DNA of 64,000 nucleotides from positions 194,923-258,922 of the forward strand of contig OZ253937.1 of the NCBI GenBank assembly GCA_965267185.1, read 5' to 3'. A model generated the notes under the pieces. It was not told the origin of the DNA. It worked only from the letters and a program-made list of their open reading frames with translations, and did no database searches. This document shows positions 46,326 to 56,266 of this stretch, piece by piece. Numbering within the stretch: position 1 is the stretch's first letter; every line of letters begins with the position of its first letter. The DNA comes from Alphaproteobacteria bacterium. GTDB taxonomy: Bacteria > Pseudomonadota > Alphaproteobacteria > UBA6615. A program made the position numbers and the translations under genes.

Positions 46326-47114
46326 ATGGATAATATACAAACCGTCGACGATTTTGCGCCGCTCGAAGAGATCCAATCGGTCGAGGGTCGGGTGAGCGCG
46401 GAGGAGTGGGACACCCGTGTCAACCTCGCAGCGTGCTACCGTCTGGTCGATCTCTACGACATGTCGGATATGAGCCGCACCCACATTTCGGCCAAGGTGC
46501 CGGATGAGGAAGCGTTTCTGCTCAATCCCGTCGGTGTGATGTTCAACGAGATCACCGCGTCGAGCCTGATCAAGGTCGATATCGACGGCAACATGCTGAG
46601 CGAGAGCCCCTACAAGATCAATCCGGCGGGCTACACCATTCACAGCGCCGTCCATAGCGGCCGCGAGGATGCTCAGTGCGTGCTCCACACCCATTCGGTG
46701 GCGGGCATGGCGATCTCGGCGCTCGAATGCGGCTACCTGCCGATCACCCAGCACGCCATGCGCTTCTATAACCGCATCGCCTACCACGATTATGAGGGAC
46801 TGGCGTTCAACCTCGATGAGCGGGAACGGCTGCTCAACGATCTCGGTAACCACAACGTGATGGTCTTGCGCAACCACGGCCTGCTCTCGGCGGGGCGCAC
46901 CATCGACGAGGCGTTTTCGCTGATCTTCTATCTGGAGAAATGCGCCCGCGCGCAGCTCCAGGCGATGGCGACCGGCGCCAAGCTGGTGATCCCGCCGCCG
47001 GAAGTTTGCGAGCACGCGGCCCAGCAGTTCGAGAAAAACATCAATCTGTCGATCCGCGACTGGCCCGGCCATTTGCGGCGGCTGGACGCAGCTGATCCCA
47101 GCTTCCGCGAGTGA
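46326..47114 (+). CDS. Class II aldolase/adducin family protein
   Basis: RVNLAACYRL, THIS, AGYTIHSAVH, LHTHS, LRNHGLL. Confidence 0.92.
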   Translation: MDNIQTVDDFAPLEEIQSVEGRVSAEEWDTRVNLAACYRLVDLYDMSDMSRTHISAKVPDEEAFLLNPVGVMFNEITASSLIKVDIDGNMLSESPYKINPAGYTIHSAVHSGREDAQCVLHTHSVAGMAISALECGYLPITQHAMRFYNRIAYHDYEGLAFNLDERERLLNDLGNHNVMVLRNHGLLSAGRTIDEAFSLIFYLEKCARAQLQAMATGAKLVIPPPEVCEHAAQQFEKNINLSIRDWPGHLRRLDAADPSFRE

Positions 47115-47240
47115 TCGGCCCCGGCCTTCCAACTATAGGCTGATTGTCCGGGTACCGGCGATGAACTAGGAGTCAAAGAGACTTAGACAGTTAAGAAGGC
47201 GGGAAACGCGAGGTAAGGCGTTTACCGGCCCGCAACCCCT

Positions 47241-47300
47241 GAATGAACCGGCCCGGAATAACCTGGGCCGGAATAAATTGGCCCAGAATAAACTGGCAAC
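47241..47300 (+). repeat. Four imperfect 15-bp tandem repeats in the leader of the acyl-CoA ligase/ABC operon
   Basis: GAATGAACCGGCCCG / GAATAACCTGGGCCG / GAATAAATTGGCCCA / GAATAAACTGGCAAC. Confidence 0.8.
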
Positions 47301-47315
47301 GGGGTAGGGAGCGAG

Positions 47316-49337
47316 ATGAGCGAGGGGCAGGCGGCCACGGCCGCCGCTGAACCGGGCACTGCTGTGCCGCTGGTCCCTGGGGCCACGGTCGATCCGGAAT
47401 TCGACACATTTCCCAAGCTGCTGCTGCGGCATGCCGCGGTGCGCGGCGCGCGCCCGGCGATGCGCGAGAAGGATTACGGCATTTGGCAGGCGTGGACCTG
47501 GGCGGAGGTCGCCACCGAAGTGGCGGCGATTGCCGGCGGCCTGGCGTCGCTCGGGCTGAAGCGCGGCGAGGCGGTCTCGATCATCGGCGACAACCGCCCG
47601 CGTCTCTATTGGACCATTGCCGCCGTGCAAGCGTTGGGCGGTATCCCCGTGCCGATGTATCAGGACGCGGTGGCCGATGAGATCAAGTTCGTGCTCGACC
47701 ACGCGACGGCGCGCTTCGCCGTCGTCGAGGATCAGGAGCAGGTCGACAAGCTTCTGCAGGTTTGGGACGACTGCCCGGCGCTCGAGACCATCGTCTACGA
47801 TCAGGAACGCGGGCTGCGGAATTACGAGCAGCCGTTCCTGCACAAGATGGACGATGTGATCGAGACGGGCCGTCAATTCGTTGCCGCCAACCCCGCTTTT
47901 TTTGTCGGTGAGGTTTCCAAGGGCCGTGGCAGCGACACCGCGATCATGCTCTACACCTCGGGCACCACCGGTCAGCCCAAGGGCGTCGTGCTCACCCACG
48001 AGTCGATCTACCTGACGTCCCTCAACGCGGCGCAGCAGGAAGGCCTCAAGGAAACCGACGAATGCCTGGCCTACTTGCCGATGGCGTGGGTCGGCGACCA
48101 TGTGCTGTCGTATGGCCAATCCTATGTGGTGGGGTTCTGCGTTTCCTGCCCGGAATCCTCCGACACCTTGCTGATCGATCTGCGCGAATTGGGCCCGAGC
48201 TACTTTTTCGCCCCGCCGCGCATTTTCGAAAACATCCTGACCTCGGTGCGCATCCGCATTGCCGACGCCGGCAAGGTCAAGCGCAAGATGTTCGAGTATT
48301 TCATGGAGGTCGCCCGCCGGGCCGGCGCCGATATCCTCGACGGCAATCCGGTCGGCCTGGGCGACCGTTTGCTCTACGCGCTCGGCAACGTGCTGGTCTA
48401 CGGTCCGCTCAAGAACACGCTGGGCTTGAGCCGCGTGCGCATCGGCTACACCGCGGGCGAAGCCATCGGGCCCGACATTTTTGTCTTCTACCGCTCGCTC
48501 GGCATCAACTTGAAGCAGCTCTACGGCTCGACCGAGGCGAGCGTCTTCATCACCATCCAGCCCGACGGGCAGGTTAAGCCGGACACGGTAGGCATGCCGA
48601 CCCCGGGGGTCGAACTCAAGCTGGCCGATAATGGCGAAGTGATGTTCCGCAGCCCCGGCGTGTTCAAGGAGTATTACAAGAACCCCGAAGCGACGGCGGA
48701 AACCAAGACGCCGGACGGTTGGGTGCACACGGGCGACGCCGGCCTGATCGACGAGGACGGCCATCTGAAAATTATCGACCGCGCCAAGGATGTCGGCAAA
48801 CTGGCCGACGGCACGTTGTTCGCGCCCAAATATATCGAAAACAAGCTGAAATTCTTCCCGCACATAAAAGAGGCGGTCGCGTTCGGCGACCAGCGGGACT
48901 ACTGCACCGCGGTCGTCAACATCGATCTCGAGGCCGTCGGCAACTGGGCCGAGCGGCGCAGCATTGCCTATTCGAGCTATCAGGAGTTGGCCGCGCTGCC
49001 GCAGATCTACGATCTGATCCTCGAGGAGATCGAACAGGTCAACCACGACCTGGCGCGCGAACCCAACCTGGCGGGCGCGCAGATTCACCGCTTCCTGATT
49101 CTCCACAAGGAACTCGATGCCGACGATGGCGAGCTGACCCGCACCCGCAAAGTGCGCCGCCGGTTCATCGCCGAGAAATACGCCACGCTGATCGAAGCGC
49201 TCTACGGCTCCGCCGACCGCTGCCAGATCACCACCGAAGTCACCTTCGAGGACGGCCGTAAGGGCACGGTCTCCGCCGATCTGGCCATTCGCGACGCGGC
49301 GACCGTTGCGACCGGCGAACAATTGGCGGCCGAGTAG
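47316..49337 (+). CDS. Long-chain acyl-CoA synthetase (AMP-binding)
   Basis: YTSGTTGQPKG, LKQLYGSTE, WVHTGDAG, ELTRTRKVRR. Confidence 0.93.
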   Translation: MSEGQAATAAAEPGTAVPLVPGATVDPEFDTFPKLLLRHAAVRGARPAMREKDYGIWQAWTWAEVATEVAAIAGGLASLGLKRGEAVSIIGDNRPRLYWTIAAVQALGGIPVPMYQDAVADEIKFVLDHATARFAVVEDQEQVDKLLQVWDDCPALETIVYDQERGLRNYEQPFLHKMDDVIETGRQFVAANPAFFVGEVSKGRGSDTAIMLYTSGTTGQPKGVVLTHESIYLTSLNAAQQEGLKETDECLAYLPMAWVGDHVLSYGQSYVVGFCVSCPESSDTLLIDLRELGPSYFFAPPRIFENILTSVRIRIADAGKVKRKMFEYFMEVARRAGADILDGNPVGLGDRLLYALGNVLVYGPLKNTLGLSRVRIGYTAGEAIGPDIFVFYRSLGINLKQLYGSTEASVFITIQPDGQVKPDTVGMPTPGVELKLADNGEVMFRSPGVFKEYYKNPEATAETKTPDGWVHTGDAGLIDEDGHLKIIDRAKDVGKLADGTLFAPKYIENKLKFFPHIKEAVAFGDQRDYCTAVVNIDLEAVGNWAERRSIAYSSYQELAALPQIYDLILEEIEQVNHDLAREPNLAGAQIHRFLILHKELDADDGELTRTRKVRRRFIAEKYATLIEALYGSADRCQITTEVTFEDGRKGTVSADLAIRDAATVATGEQLAAE

Positions 49338-49342
49338 CGACC

Positions 49343-50182
49343 ATGGCGATTGTCGACACAAGGCCCGAACCGCGCGAGGAAGTGCAAACCGAAGCCATGC
49401 CGGCCCGCGCGTTCGACGAGGTGTTGCTCGACATCGCCGATATCTCCCTGTCGTTCGGCGGCGTCCACGCTTTGAGCAATGTCAGCTTCAATATCTTCAA
49501 GGGTGAAATCCGCGCCATCATCGGCCCCAACGGTGCCGGCAAATCGTCGATGCTGAACGTCATCAACGGGTTCTATCACCCGCAGCAGGGCACGATTACC
49601 TACAAGGGCAATGTGCGCAAACAGATGCGGCCCTACGAAGCCGCGTCCGACGGCATCGCGCGCACGTTTCAGAACATCGCGCTGTTCCACGGTATGAGCA
49701 CGCTGGACAACATCATGACCGGCCGGGTGCTCAAGATGCGCGCCAACCTGTTCGAGCAGGCGTTGTATATCGGCCGGGGGCGGCGCGAGGAAGTCGAGCA
49801 CCGCCGCTTCGTCGAAGACATTATCGACTTTCTCGAGATCGAGGCGATCCGCAAGACCCCGGTGGGCCGCTTACCCTACGGGTTGCAGAAACGGGTCGAA
49901 CTGGGCCGCGCGCTTGCCGCCGAGCCGGACCTCTTGCTGCTCGACGAACCCATGGCCGGCATGAACGTCGAGGAGAAGGAGGATATGAGCCGCTTTATCC
50001 TCGACGTGAACGAGGAATTCGGCACCACGATCGCGCTCATCGAGCACGATATGGGCGTCGTCATGGATCTGTCGGACCGGGTGGTCGTGCTCGATTACGG
50101 CCGCAAGATCGCCGACGGCACGCCCGACGAGGTGCGCACCGATCAAACGGTGATCGAAGCCTATCTGGGCGTCGGGCACTAG
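49343..50182 (+). CDS. ABC transporter ATPase, LivG-like
   Basis: GPNGAGKS, IARTFQN, LPYGLQKRVELGRALA, LLLDEP, IEHDM. Confidence 0.95.
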   Translation: MAIVDTRPEPREEVQTEAMPARAFDEVLLDIADISLSFGGVHALSNVSFNIFKGEIRAIIGPNGAGKSSMLNVINGFYHPQQGTITYKGNVRKQMRPYEAASDGIARTFQNIALFHGMSTLDNIMTGRVLKMRANLFEQALYIGRGRREEVEHRRFVEDIIDFLEIEAIRKTPVGRLPYGLQKRVELGRALAAEPDLLLLDEPMAGMNVEEKEDMSRFILDVNEEFGTTIALIEHDMGVVMDLSDRVVVLDYGRKIADGTPDEVRTDQTVIEAYLGVGH

Positions 50183-50200
50183 AGGCGGGGAGGCGCTGAC

Positions 50201-51160
50201 GTGAGTTTACTGTCGGAAATCTTTGTCGAGCCGTTTGTCTCGATGGCCGAGGACCCGGCGTTTCTGCTGCAAACCCTATGGGAAGGTCTGGTCTCGGGCG
50301 TGCTCTACGCGCTGATCGCGCTGGGCTTCGTGCTGATTTTCCGTTCCTCGCGCATTTTCAACTTCGCTCAAGGCATCATGGTGGTGTTCGCCGCGCTGTC
50401 GCTGGTGGGCCTCCACGAAGCCGGCGTGCCGGCGCCGCTCGCCTTCCTGTTTACGCTGGCGATCATGTTCATCCTCGCCATGGGCGTCGAGCGCATCGTG
50501 CTGCGTCCGCTGGTCAACCAGCCCGACATCATTTTGTTCATGGCCACGTTCGGCCTCACCTTCGTGCTCATCGGATCGGGGGAACTGATCTTCGGCGGCG
50601 AGAATAAGATCATGATCACCGAGCAGCTCGGTATTCCCACCGGAAGCTGGGATTTCGAGCCGTTCGGCGGCTTGCTGCTGATCGAGCAGAAGGATTTCAC
50701 CGCGGTGATCGCCGCGCTCGTTCTGGTCGCCGCGCTGATCGCATTTCTCGGTTACACCGCCATGGGCCGCGCCATCCGCGCGCTCGGCGACGATCACCAG
50801 GCCGCTCTGTCGGTCGGCATCTCGCTGTCCCAGGTCTGGGTGATCGTGTGGTTTATCGCCGGCATTGTGGCGTTGGTGACAGGTATCGTCTGGGGCGCAC
50901 GAGCCGGTGTTTCGTTTGCATTGGAAGTTATTGCTTTCAAGGCCTTACCGGTTCTTCTTCTCGGCGGACTTGAATCGGTCGCCGGCGCCATTATCGGCGG
51001 TTTGGCCATCGGATTGCTGGAGAAACTCTTTGAAATCTACTGGGGTCAGCCGCTGCTCGGCGGCTCCACGGAAACTTGGTTCGCCTATGTGTTTGCCCTG
51101 ATCGTGCTGTTCTTCCGGCCGCAGGGCCTGTTCGGCGAAAAGATCATCGAGCGCGTGTAG
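50201..51160 (+). CDS. ABC transporter permease, LivH-like
   Basis: YALIALGFVLI, FNFAQG, GRAIRA, FRPQGLFG. Confidence 0.93.
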   Translation: MSLLSEIFVEPFVSMAEDPAFLLQTLWEGLVSGVLYALIALGFVLIFRSSRIFNFAQGIMVVFAALSLVGLHEAGVPAPLAFLFTLAIMFILAMGVERIVLRPLVNQPDIILFMATFGLTFVLIGSGELIFGGENKIMITEQLGIPTGSWDFEPFGGLLLIEQKDFTAVIAALVLVAALIAFLGYTAMGRAIRALGDDHQAALSVGISLSQVWVIVWFIAGIVALVTGIVWGARAGVSFALEVIAFKALPVLLLGGLESVAGAIIGGLAIGLLEKLFEIYWGQPLLGGSTETWFAYVFALIVLFFRPQGLFGEKIIERV

Positions 51161-51176
51161 GCGGGAGATTTAGCAG

Positions 51177-52253
51177 ATGTTCTATCGCATCGCAGGCCAG
51201 TACAAAACGAGCTATGGGTCCGACCAGGCGCTGTTTCCCGTGCGGCAGGATGCCTACCTGCTCGCCGCCGTGCTGCTCCTGGCTTACGTGGTCTTCCCGC
51301 TGGTCGCCGACGAGTTTCTCTACAACGCCGTGCTGATCCCGGTGCTGATCTTTGCGCTGGCTTCGCTCGGGCTCAATCTGCTTACCGGCTACGCTGGCCA
51401 GCTTTCGCTCGGCACCGGCGCTTTCATGGGGGTCGGCGCCTATGCCTGCCTGAAGCTCACGACCATCTTCCCGGAGATGAATTTCGTCGTCGCCGTGCTG
51501 CTGTCGGGTGTGTTCTCCGCCGCAATCGGTGTCGTCTTCGGCCTGCCGAGCCTGCGCATCAAAGGGTTCTACCTGGCCATCGCTACCCTGGCGGCGCAGT
51601 TCTTCCTGGTCTGGTTGTTCGAGAAATTCGAGTGGCTCTACAACCACAACGCATCCGGCGCGATCGAAGTGCGCACCATCGATGTGTTCGGTCTGGTCGT
51701 CACCGGACCGACGGCGACGCCGACGACGCAGTATTATTTTGTGCTGATCTTCGTGACCGTCATAACGTGGCTGTCGATGAACCTCGTGCGTAGCCGCTAC
51801 GGACGCATGTGGAAGGCGGTACGCGATATGGATATCGCCGCCGAACTGGTCGGCATCCGCCTGCTGCGCGCCAAGCTCACCGCGTTCGCCGTGTCGTCCT
51901 ACGTCGTCGGTATCTCCGGCGCCCTCATGGTGTTCTTGTGGAAGGGCGCGGCGGAACCCAACCTGTTCGATGTGCCGCTATCGTTCCAGATCTTGTTCAT
52001 CGCCATCATCGGCGGGCTCGGCAGCATTCTCGGCAATTTCCTCGGCGCCATTCTGATCGTCGCCCTGCCGGTGATCATCAACCAGGTGCCCGTCATGCTG
52101 GGCATCGAGATTCTGTCGTCGACGGTGCAGCACATAAACGTCATCACGATTGGCGTTCTGATTATCTTTTTCCTGATCGTCGAGCCGCACGGCCTGGCTC
52201 GGCTCTGGGGTGTGATCCGGGAGAAACTGGTGATCTGGCCGTTCCCCAACTAG
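51177..52253 (+). CDS. ABC transporter permease, LivM-like
   Basis: LNLLTGYAGQLSLG, LRIKGFYLAIATLA, IIGGLGS, EPHGL. Confidence 0.93.
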   Translation: MFYRIAGQYKTSYGSDQALFPVRQDAYLLAAVLLLAYVVFPLVADEFLYNAVLIPVLIFALASLGLNLLTGYAGQLSLGTGAFMGVGAYACLKLTTIFPEMNFVVAVLLSGVFSAAIGVVFGLPSLRIKGFYLAIATLAAQFFLVWLFEKFEWLYNHNASGAIEVRTIDVFGLVVTGPTATPTTQYYFVLIFVTVITWLSMNLVRSRYGRMWKAVRDMDIAAELVGIRLLRAKLTAFAVSSYVVGISGALMVFLWKGAAEPNLFDVPLSFQILFIAIIGGLGSILGNFLGAILIVALPVIINQVPVMLGIEILSSTVQHINVITIGVLIIFFLIVEPHGLARLWGVIREKLVIWPFPN

Positions 52254-52328
52254 GGCAACAAATCGCGGCACGATGAGCCGTTTTTAAGAAAGCCGAAAAC
52301 GTTGAAACGAAACCATGGGAGAAATGCA

Positions 52329-53639
52329 ATGATGTCGAAGAAAACGCTTCTCGCACTGGGAGGTGGCCTTGCCTTGTCGGTTATGGCGTCCCTGCCGGCG
52401 ATAGCGCAGGAAATCTACGTGCCGAACCTGTCCTACCGGACGGGGCCGTTCGCGGCGACCGGTATTCCGCTGATGAACGGTCAGCGCGACTACATCGAAA
52501 TGCTCAACGCCCGCGACGGCGGCGTCGGCGGCGCCAAGCTGGTCTACGACGAGTGCGAGACCGGCTACAACACGACCAAGGGCGTCGAGTGCTACGAGAG
52601 AACCAAGGCGAAAGCCGTGGTGACCCAGCCATGGTCGACCGGTATCACCCTGCAGGTGCTACCGAAGACCAACGTCGACAAGATCCCCGTGCTGGCGCCG
52701 GGCTACGGCTTCTCGCCGATGTCCGACGGCGATGTCTTCGCCTGGGCGTACAACCCGCCGGCGTCTTATTGGGATGCCGCGTCGATGATCCTCAAGCACA
52801 TTTCCGGTGGCGATCTCGACAGCCTCAAGGGCCAGAAGGTCGCGCATCTGCATCTTGATCATCCATACGGCAAAGAGCCGCTACCGCTGCTCGAAGCCAT
52901 GTCAAAGAAGCACGGGTTCGAACTGCTGCCGATCCCGGTTGGTTTGAAGGAAATGCAGAATCAGTCGGCGCAGTGGCTGCAGATCCGCCGCGAAAAGCCC
53001 GACTGGGTGTTCATGTGGGGCTGGGGCGCGATGAACGCCGCGGCGATCAATGAAGCTGTGAAGACCCGCTTCCCGATGGACAAGTTCGTCGGCGTGTGGT
53101 GGTCGGGCCGTGATGGCGACCTGGCGCAGGTCGGCGATCAGGGCAAGGGCTACAAGTCGATCAGCTTTAATGTGCCCGGCAGCTATCCGGTGCTCGACGA
53201 GATCAAGAAGCACGTCGTCGACAAGGGCAATTCCCTGATCGAGAAGCCTGAGGACATGAACACCGTGTTCTACCAGCGCGGCATCGTCATCTCGATGCTG
53301 CTGGTCGAGGGTATTCGCGCCGCGCAGGCGAAGTTCAATACCAAGGCAGTCAGTGCTGAGCAGTTGCGCTGGGGTCTCGAGAACCTGAACATTACGCCGG
53401 CGCGTTTGGAAGAACTCGGCATGGCCAACATGACTGTGCCGGTGCGTACGTCGTGTAAGGACCATACCGGCCATTCCGGCGCTTGGATGTTGGAGTGGGA
53501 CGGCGCCAAGTTTGTGCCGGTCAGCGATCTGTTGACGCCGCAACGCGACGTCATTGAGCCGCTGGAGAAAGCCAAATCGGCTGAGTACGCCGTCAGCAAC
53601 GCTCCGTGGCCGGGGCGGACTGGCGTGACTTGCGGTTGA
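52329..53639 (+). CDS. ABC transporter substrate-binding protein (Liv/HAAT type)
   Basis: Signal peptide; YRTGPFA, NARDGGVGG, CETGY, WGWG, CKDH. Confidence 0.92.
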   Translation: MMSKKTLLALGGGLALSVMASLPAIAQEIYVPNLSYRTGPFAATGIPLMNGQRDYIEMLNARDGGVGGAKLVYDECETGYNTTKGVECYERTKAKAVVTQPWSTGITLQVLPKTNVDKIPVLAPGYGFSPMSDGDVFAWAYNPPASYWDAASMILKHISGGDLDSLKGQKVAHLHLDHPYGKEPLPLLEAMSKKHGFELLPIPVGLKEMQNQSAQWLQIRREKPDWVFMWGWGAMNAAAINEAVKTRFPMDKFVGVWWSGRDGDLAQVGDQGKGYKSISFNVPGSYPVLDEIKKHVVDKGNSLIEKPEDMNTVFYQRGIVISMLLVEGIRAAQAKFNTKAVSAEQLRWGLENLNITPARLEELGMANMTVPVRTSCKDHTGHSGAWMLEWDGAKFVPVSDLLTPQRDVIEPLEKAKSAEYAVSNAPWPGRTGVTCG

Positions 53640-53674
53640 TCGTGGGTCGCGTTTGTTGAGTGTGTTCGAATAGC

Positions 53675-53704
53675 GGGTGGGGGCGTCCCAAGGCGGCCCC
53701 ACCC
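53675..53704 (+). terminator. GC-rich stem-loop after the binding-protein gene (mRNA stabiliser or partial terminator)
   Basis: Arms GGGTGGGG / CCCCACCC; no clear U-tract. Confidence 0.5.
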
Positions 53705-53741
53705 TCTCATTCGTTTCTGTACCTAATAGAAGTTTGACACG

Positions 53742-54596
53742 ATGGATCAGGCAGAGATCGCCACGCCGGACAAGACCGCGCCCGCCTCAGAAGGGGCGGC
53801 GGCGTTGCTCGATGTCAACAACATCGAAGTCATCTACAACCACGTCATTCTTGTGCTCAAGGGTGTCTCTCTGAGCGTACCCCAAGGCGGCATCGTTGCT
53901 CTGCTCGGCGCCAATGGCGCGGGCAAGACGACAACCTTGAAAGCGGTTTCCAACTTGCTGCGCGCCGAGCGCGGCGAAGTCACCAAGGGTTCGATCATTT
54001 TCGATGGCGAACCGATCCATTCGCTGATGCCCGATGCGCTGGTAAAGCGCGGCGTTATCCAAGTGATGGAGGGGCGGCACTGTTTCGAGCATCTGTCGGT
54101 CGAAGACAATCTCTTAACCGGTGCCTACACCCGCAAGGATTCCGACGGTATCCGCCGCGATCTCGAATTGGTGTACCGCTATTTTCCGCGGCTCAAGGAG
54201 CGCTCGCGCTCGCAGGCCGGCTATACGTCGGGCGGCGAACAGCAAATGATCGCCATCGGCCGCGCGTTGATGGCGAAGCCGCGCATGATCTTGCTCGACG
54301 AGCCGTCGATGGGCCTCGCGCCGCAACTGGTTGAGGAAATTTTCGAGATCGTCGACCGGCTCAACAAGGAGGAGGGGGTAACCTTCCTGCTGGCCGAGCA
54401 AAACACCAACGTCGCGTTGCAGCATGCCGACTATGGCTACATTCTGGAGAATGGCCGCGTCGTGCTCGATGGCGATGCCGCCGCGCTACGCGACAATGAA
54501 GACGTCAAGGAATTTTATCTCGGTATCTCGACGGGCGGCCGGCGCAGCTACCGCGACGTGAAACATTACCGGCGGCGCAAGCGCTGGCTCGCCTAA
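53742..54596 (+). CDS. ABC transporter ATPase, LivF-like
   Basis: GANGAGKTT, SGGEQQM, LLDEPSMGLAP, AEQN. Confidence 0.95.
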   Translation: MDQAEIATPDKTAPASEGAAALLDVNNIEVIYNHVILVLKGVSLSVPQGGIVALLGANGAGKTTTLKAVSNLLRAERGEVTKGSIIFDGEPIHSLMPDALVKRGVIQVMEGRHCFEHLSVEDNLLTGAYTRKDSDGIRRDLELVYRYFPRLKERSRSQAGYTSGGEQQMIAIGRALMAKPRMILLDEPSMGLAPQLVEEIFEIVDRLNKEEGVTFLLAEQNTNVALQHADYGYILENGRVVLDGDAAALRDNEDVKEFYLGISTGGRRSYRDVKHYRRRKRWLA

Positions 54597-54641
54597 CGCT
54601 CGCGTCGCTCCCAAAGTCGCCCAAACCAAAGAGGCGCCACG

Positions 54642-55895
54642 ATGAGCGATACCGATTTTTTCGATGACCGGGAAACGCGCGATCCCGAGGCACGCGAGGC
54701 CGACTTGTTCTCCGCCTTGCGCGCGCAGATCGCACACGCCAAGGCCAACGCGCCCTATTTCGCTGGCGCTCTCGCCGATATCGATTCAATGGCGGTAACC
54801 GACCGTGCCGCGCTGGCGGAGTTGCCGGTGTTGCGCAAAGGCGCGCTGCTCGAACTGCAGCGTGAGAACCCGCCTTTCGGTGGGGTCGTCGCGGAGCCAA
54901 TGTCGGGGCTGGCGCGTCTGTTTACCTCGCCGGGCCCGATTTACGAGCCGCAAGGCAGGCGCGACGATTATTGGCGGTTGGCCCGTGCGGCGTATGCGGC
55001 AGGGTTTCGCCGCGGCGACATCGTCCACAACAGCTTCGCCTATCACCTGACCCCCGCCGGTGCGATTTTTGAATCGGCGGCGCAGGCGATCGGCTGCCCG
55101 GTCATTCCAGCGGGCACCGGCAATACCGAGCAGCAGGTTCAAGTGATTGCAGACCTGAAGCCGGTCGCCTTCGCCGGCATTCCCGATTACCTCAAGATCC
55201 TGCTCGACAAGGCGAATGAGCTCGATTGTGACGCGTCGTCCATTACCAAAGCCTTGGTATCGGGTGCGGCGTTACCGCCATCGTTGCGCGAAGAATTGCA
55301 GAGCCGTGGGGTGAGCGTTTTGCAATGCTACGCCACCGCCGATGTCGGCTTGATCGGTTACGAAACGAAAGCCGGCGGTGATCTGTGCGAAGGCATGATG
55401 ATCGCCGAAGACATTATCGTGGAGATCGTCCGGCCCGGCACCGGTGACCCGGTACCGGAGGGCGAAGTCGGCGAAGTGGTGGTGACGCCGATCAACTCCG
55501 CCCATCCGCTTATTCGTTTCGGCACCGGTGACCTCTCCGCTCTCTTATCCGGCGCCAGCCCCTGTGGCCGCACCAACACCCGCATCAAGGGGTGGATGGG
55601 CCGCGCCGACCAGACCACCAAGGTGAAGGGCATGTTCGTGCACCCCGAGCAAGTCGATACGGTGATCAAGCGGCACCCGGAGATCGTCCGTGGCCGGCTG
55701 GTGGTGTCCCGCGATGGCGAGCAAGACACGATGACTTTGCTTTGCGAATCGGCCACCGCTGATGACGGAATGGCCGACGCGGTGTCGGCAACCGTTACTG
55801 AGGTTACGAAGCTTCGGGCGTCGGTCGAGATCGTTCCACCAGAAACGTTGGCCAACGACGGCAAGGTAATTGACGACACGCGGCCGGTCGGGTAA
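54642..55895 (+). CDS. Phenylacetate-CoA ligase (PaaK)-like protein
   Basis: SPGPIYEP, NSFAYHLTPAG, YATADVG, IRFGTGD, GRADQTTKVKGMFV. Confidence 0.88.
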   Translation: MSDTDFFDDRETRDPEAREADLFSALRAQIAHAKANAPYFAGALADIDSMAVTDRAALAELPVLRKGALLELQRENPPFGGVVAEPMSGLARLFTSPGPIYEPQGRRDDYWRLARAAYAAGFRRGDIVHNSFAYHLTPAGAIFESAAQAIGCPVIPAGTGNTEQQVQVIADLKPVAFAGIPDYLKILLDKANELDCDASSITKALVSGAALPPSLREELQSRGVSVLQCYATADVGLIGYETKAGGDLCEGMMIAEDIIVEIVRPGTGDPVPEGEVGEVVVTPINSAHPLIRFGTGDLSALLSGASPCGRTNTRIKGWMGRADQTTKVKGMFVHPEQVDTVIKRHPEIVRGRLVVSRDGEQDTMTLLCESATADDGMADAVSATVTEVTKLRASVEIVPPETLANDGKVIDDTRPVG

Positions 55896-55913
55896 CCCGA
55901 AGCCAGGGCACCT

Positions 55914-56165
55914 ATGGACACTAAAAACATCCCGCGCACCCTGCTGCGCCTGTTTTTCTATTCTCTCATTCTCGGACTCGTGCTGTCGGCACTCAACGTC
56001 AGTCCGGAATCGCTGTTGGGCACCATCGGCGGGACGGTGGAAAGCATTTTCAACATCGCCGTCGGTGCGGTGGAATGGGCGGTACCGTTCGTTTTGATCG
56101 GCGCGGTTGTCGTGGTGCCGATCTGGCTGGTGATGTCGGGCTTACGATTTATCCGGCGGCGCTAA
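55914..56165 (+). CDS. Small membrane protein (DUF6460-like)
   Basis: LRLFFYSLILGLVLS and LIGAVVVVPIWL; 83 aa with 2 TM segments. Confidence 0.72.
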   Translation: MDTKNIPRTLLRLFFYSLILGLVLSALNVSPESLLGTIGGTVESIFNIAVGAVEWAVPFVLIGAVVVVPIWLVMSGLRFIRRR

Positions 56166-56266
56166 AGAGCCACTAGATTAACACACGCAGTTACCGTATC
56201 AGAACGTCACCGGGACGTAGATCCTGGCAAACGTAATCCTGTTTGGGACAGTTTCAGGGAGTAGGC

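Noticed and set aside
47241-47300. Possible mini CRISPR array
   Set aside because: Units are 15 bp, contiguous and have no spacers; no cas genes in the window.
47316-55895. Acyl-CoA ligase - Liv-type ABC - PaaK-like operon as a novel system
   Set aside because: This gene order is a common conserved proteobacterial cluster; only its leader repeats are unusual.
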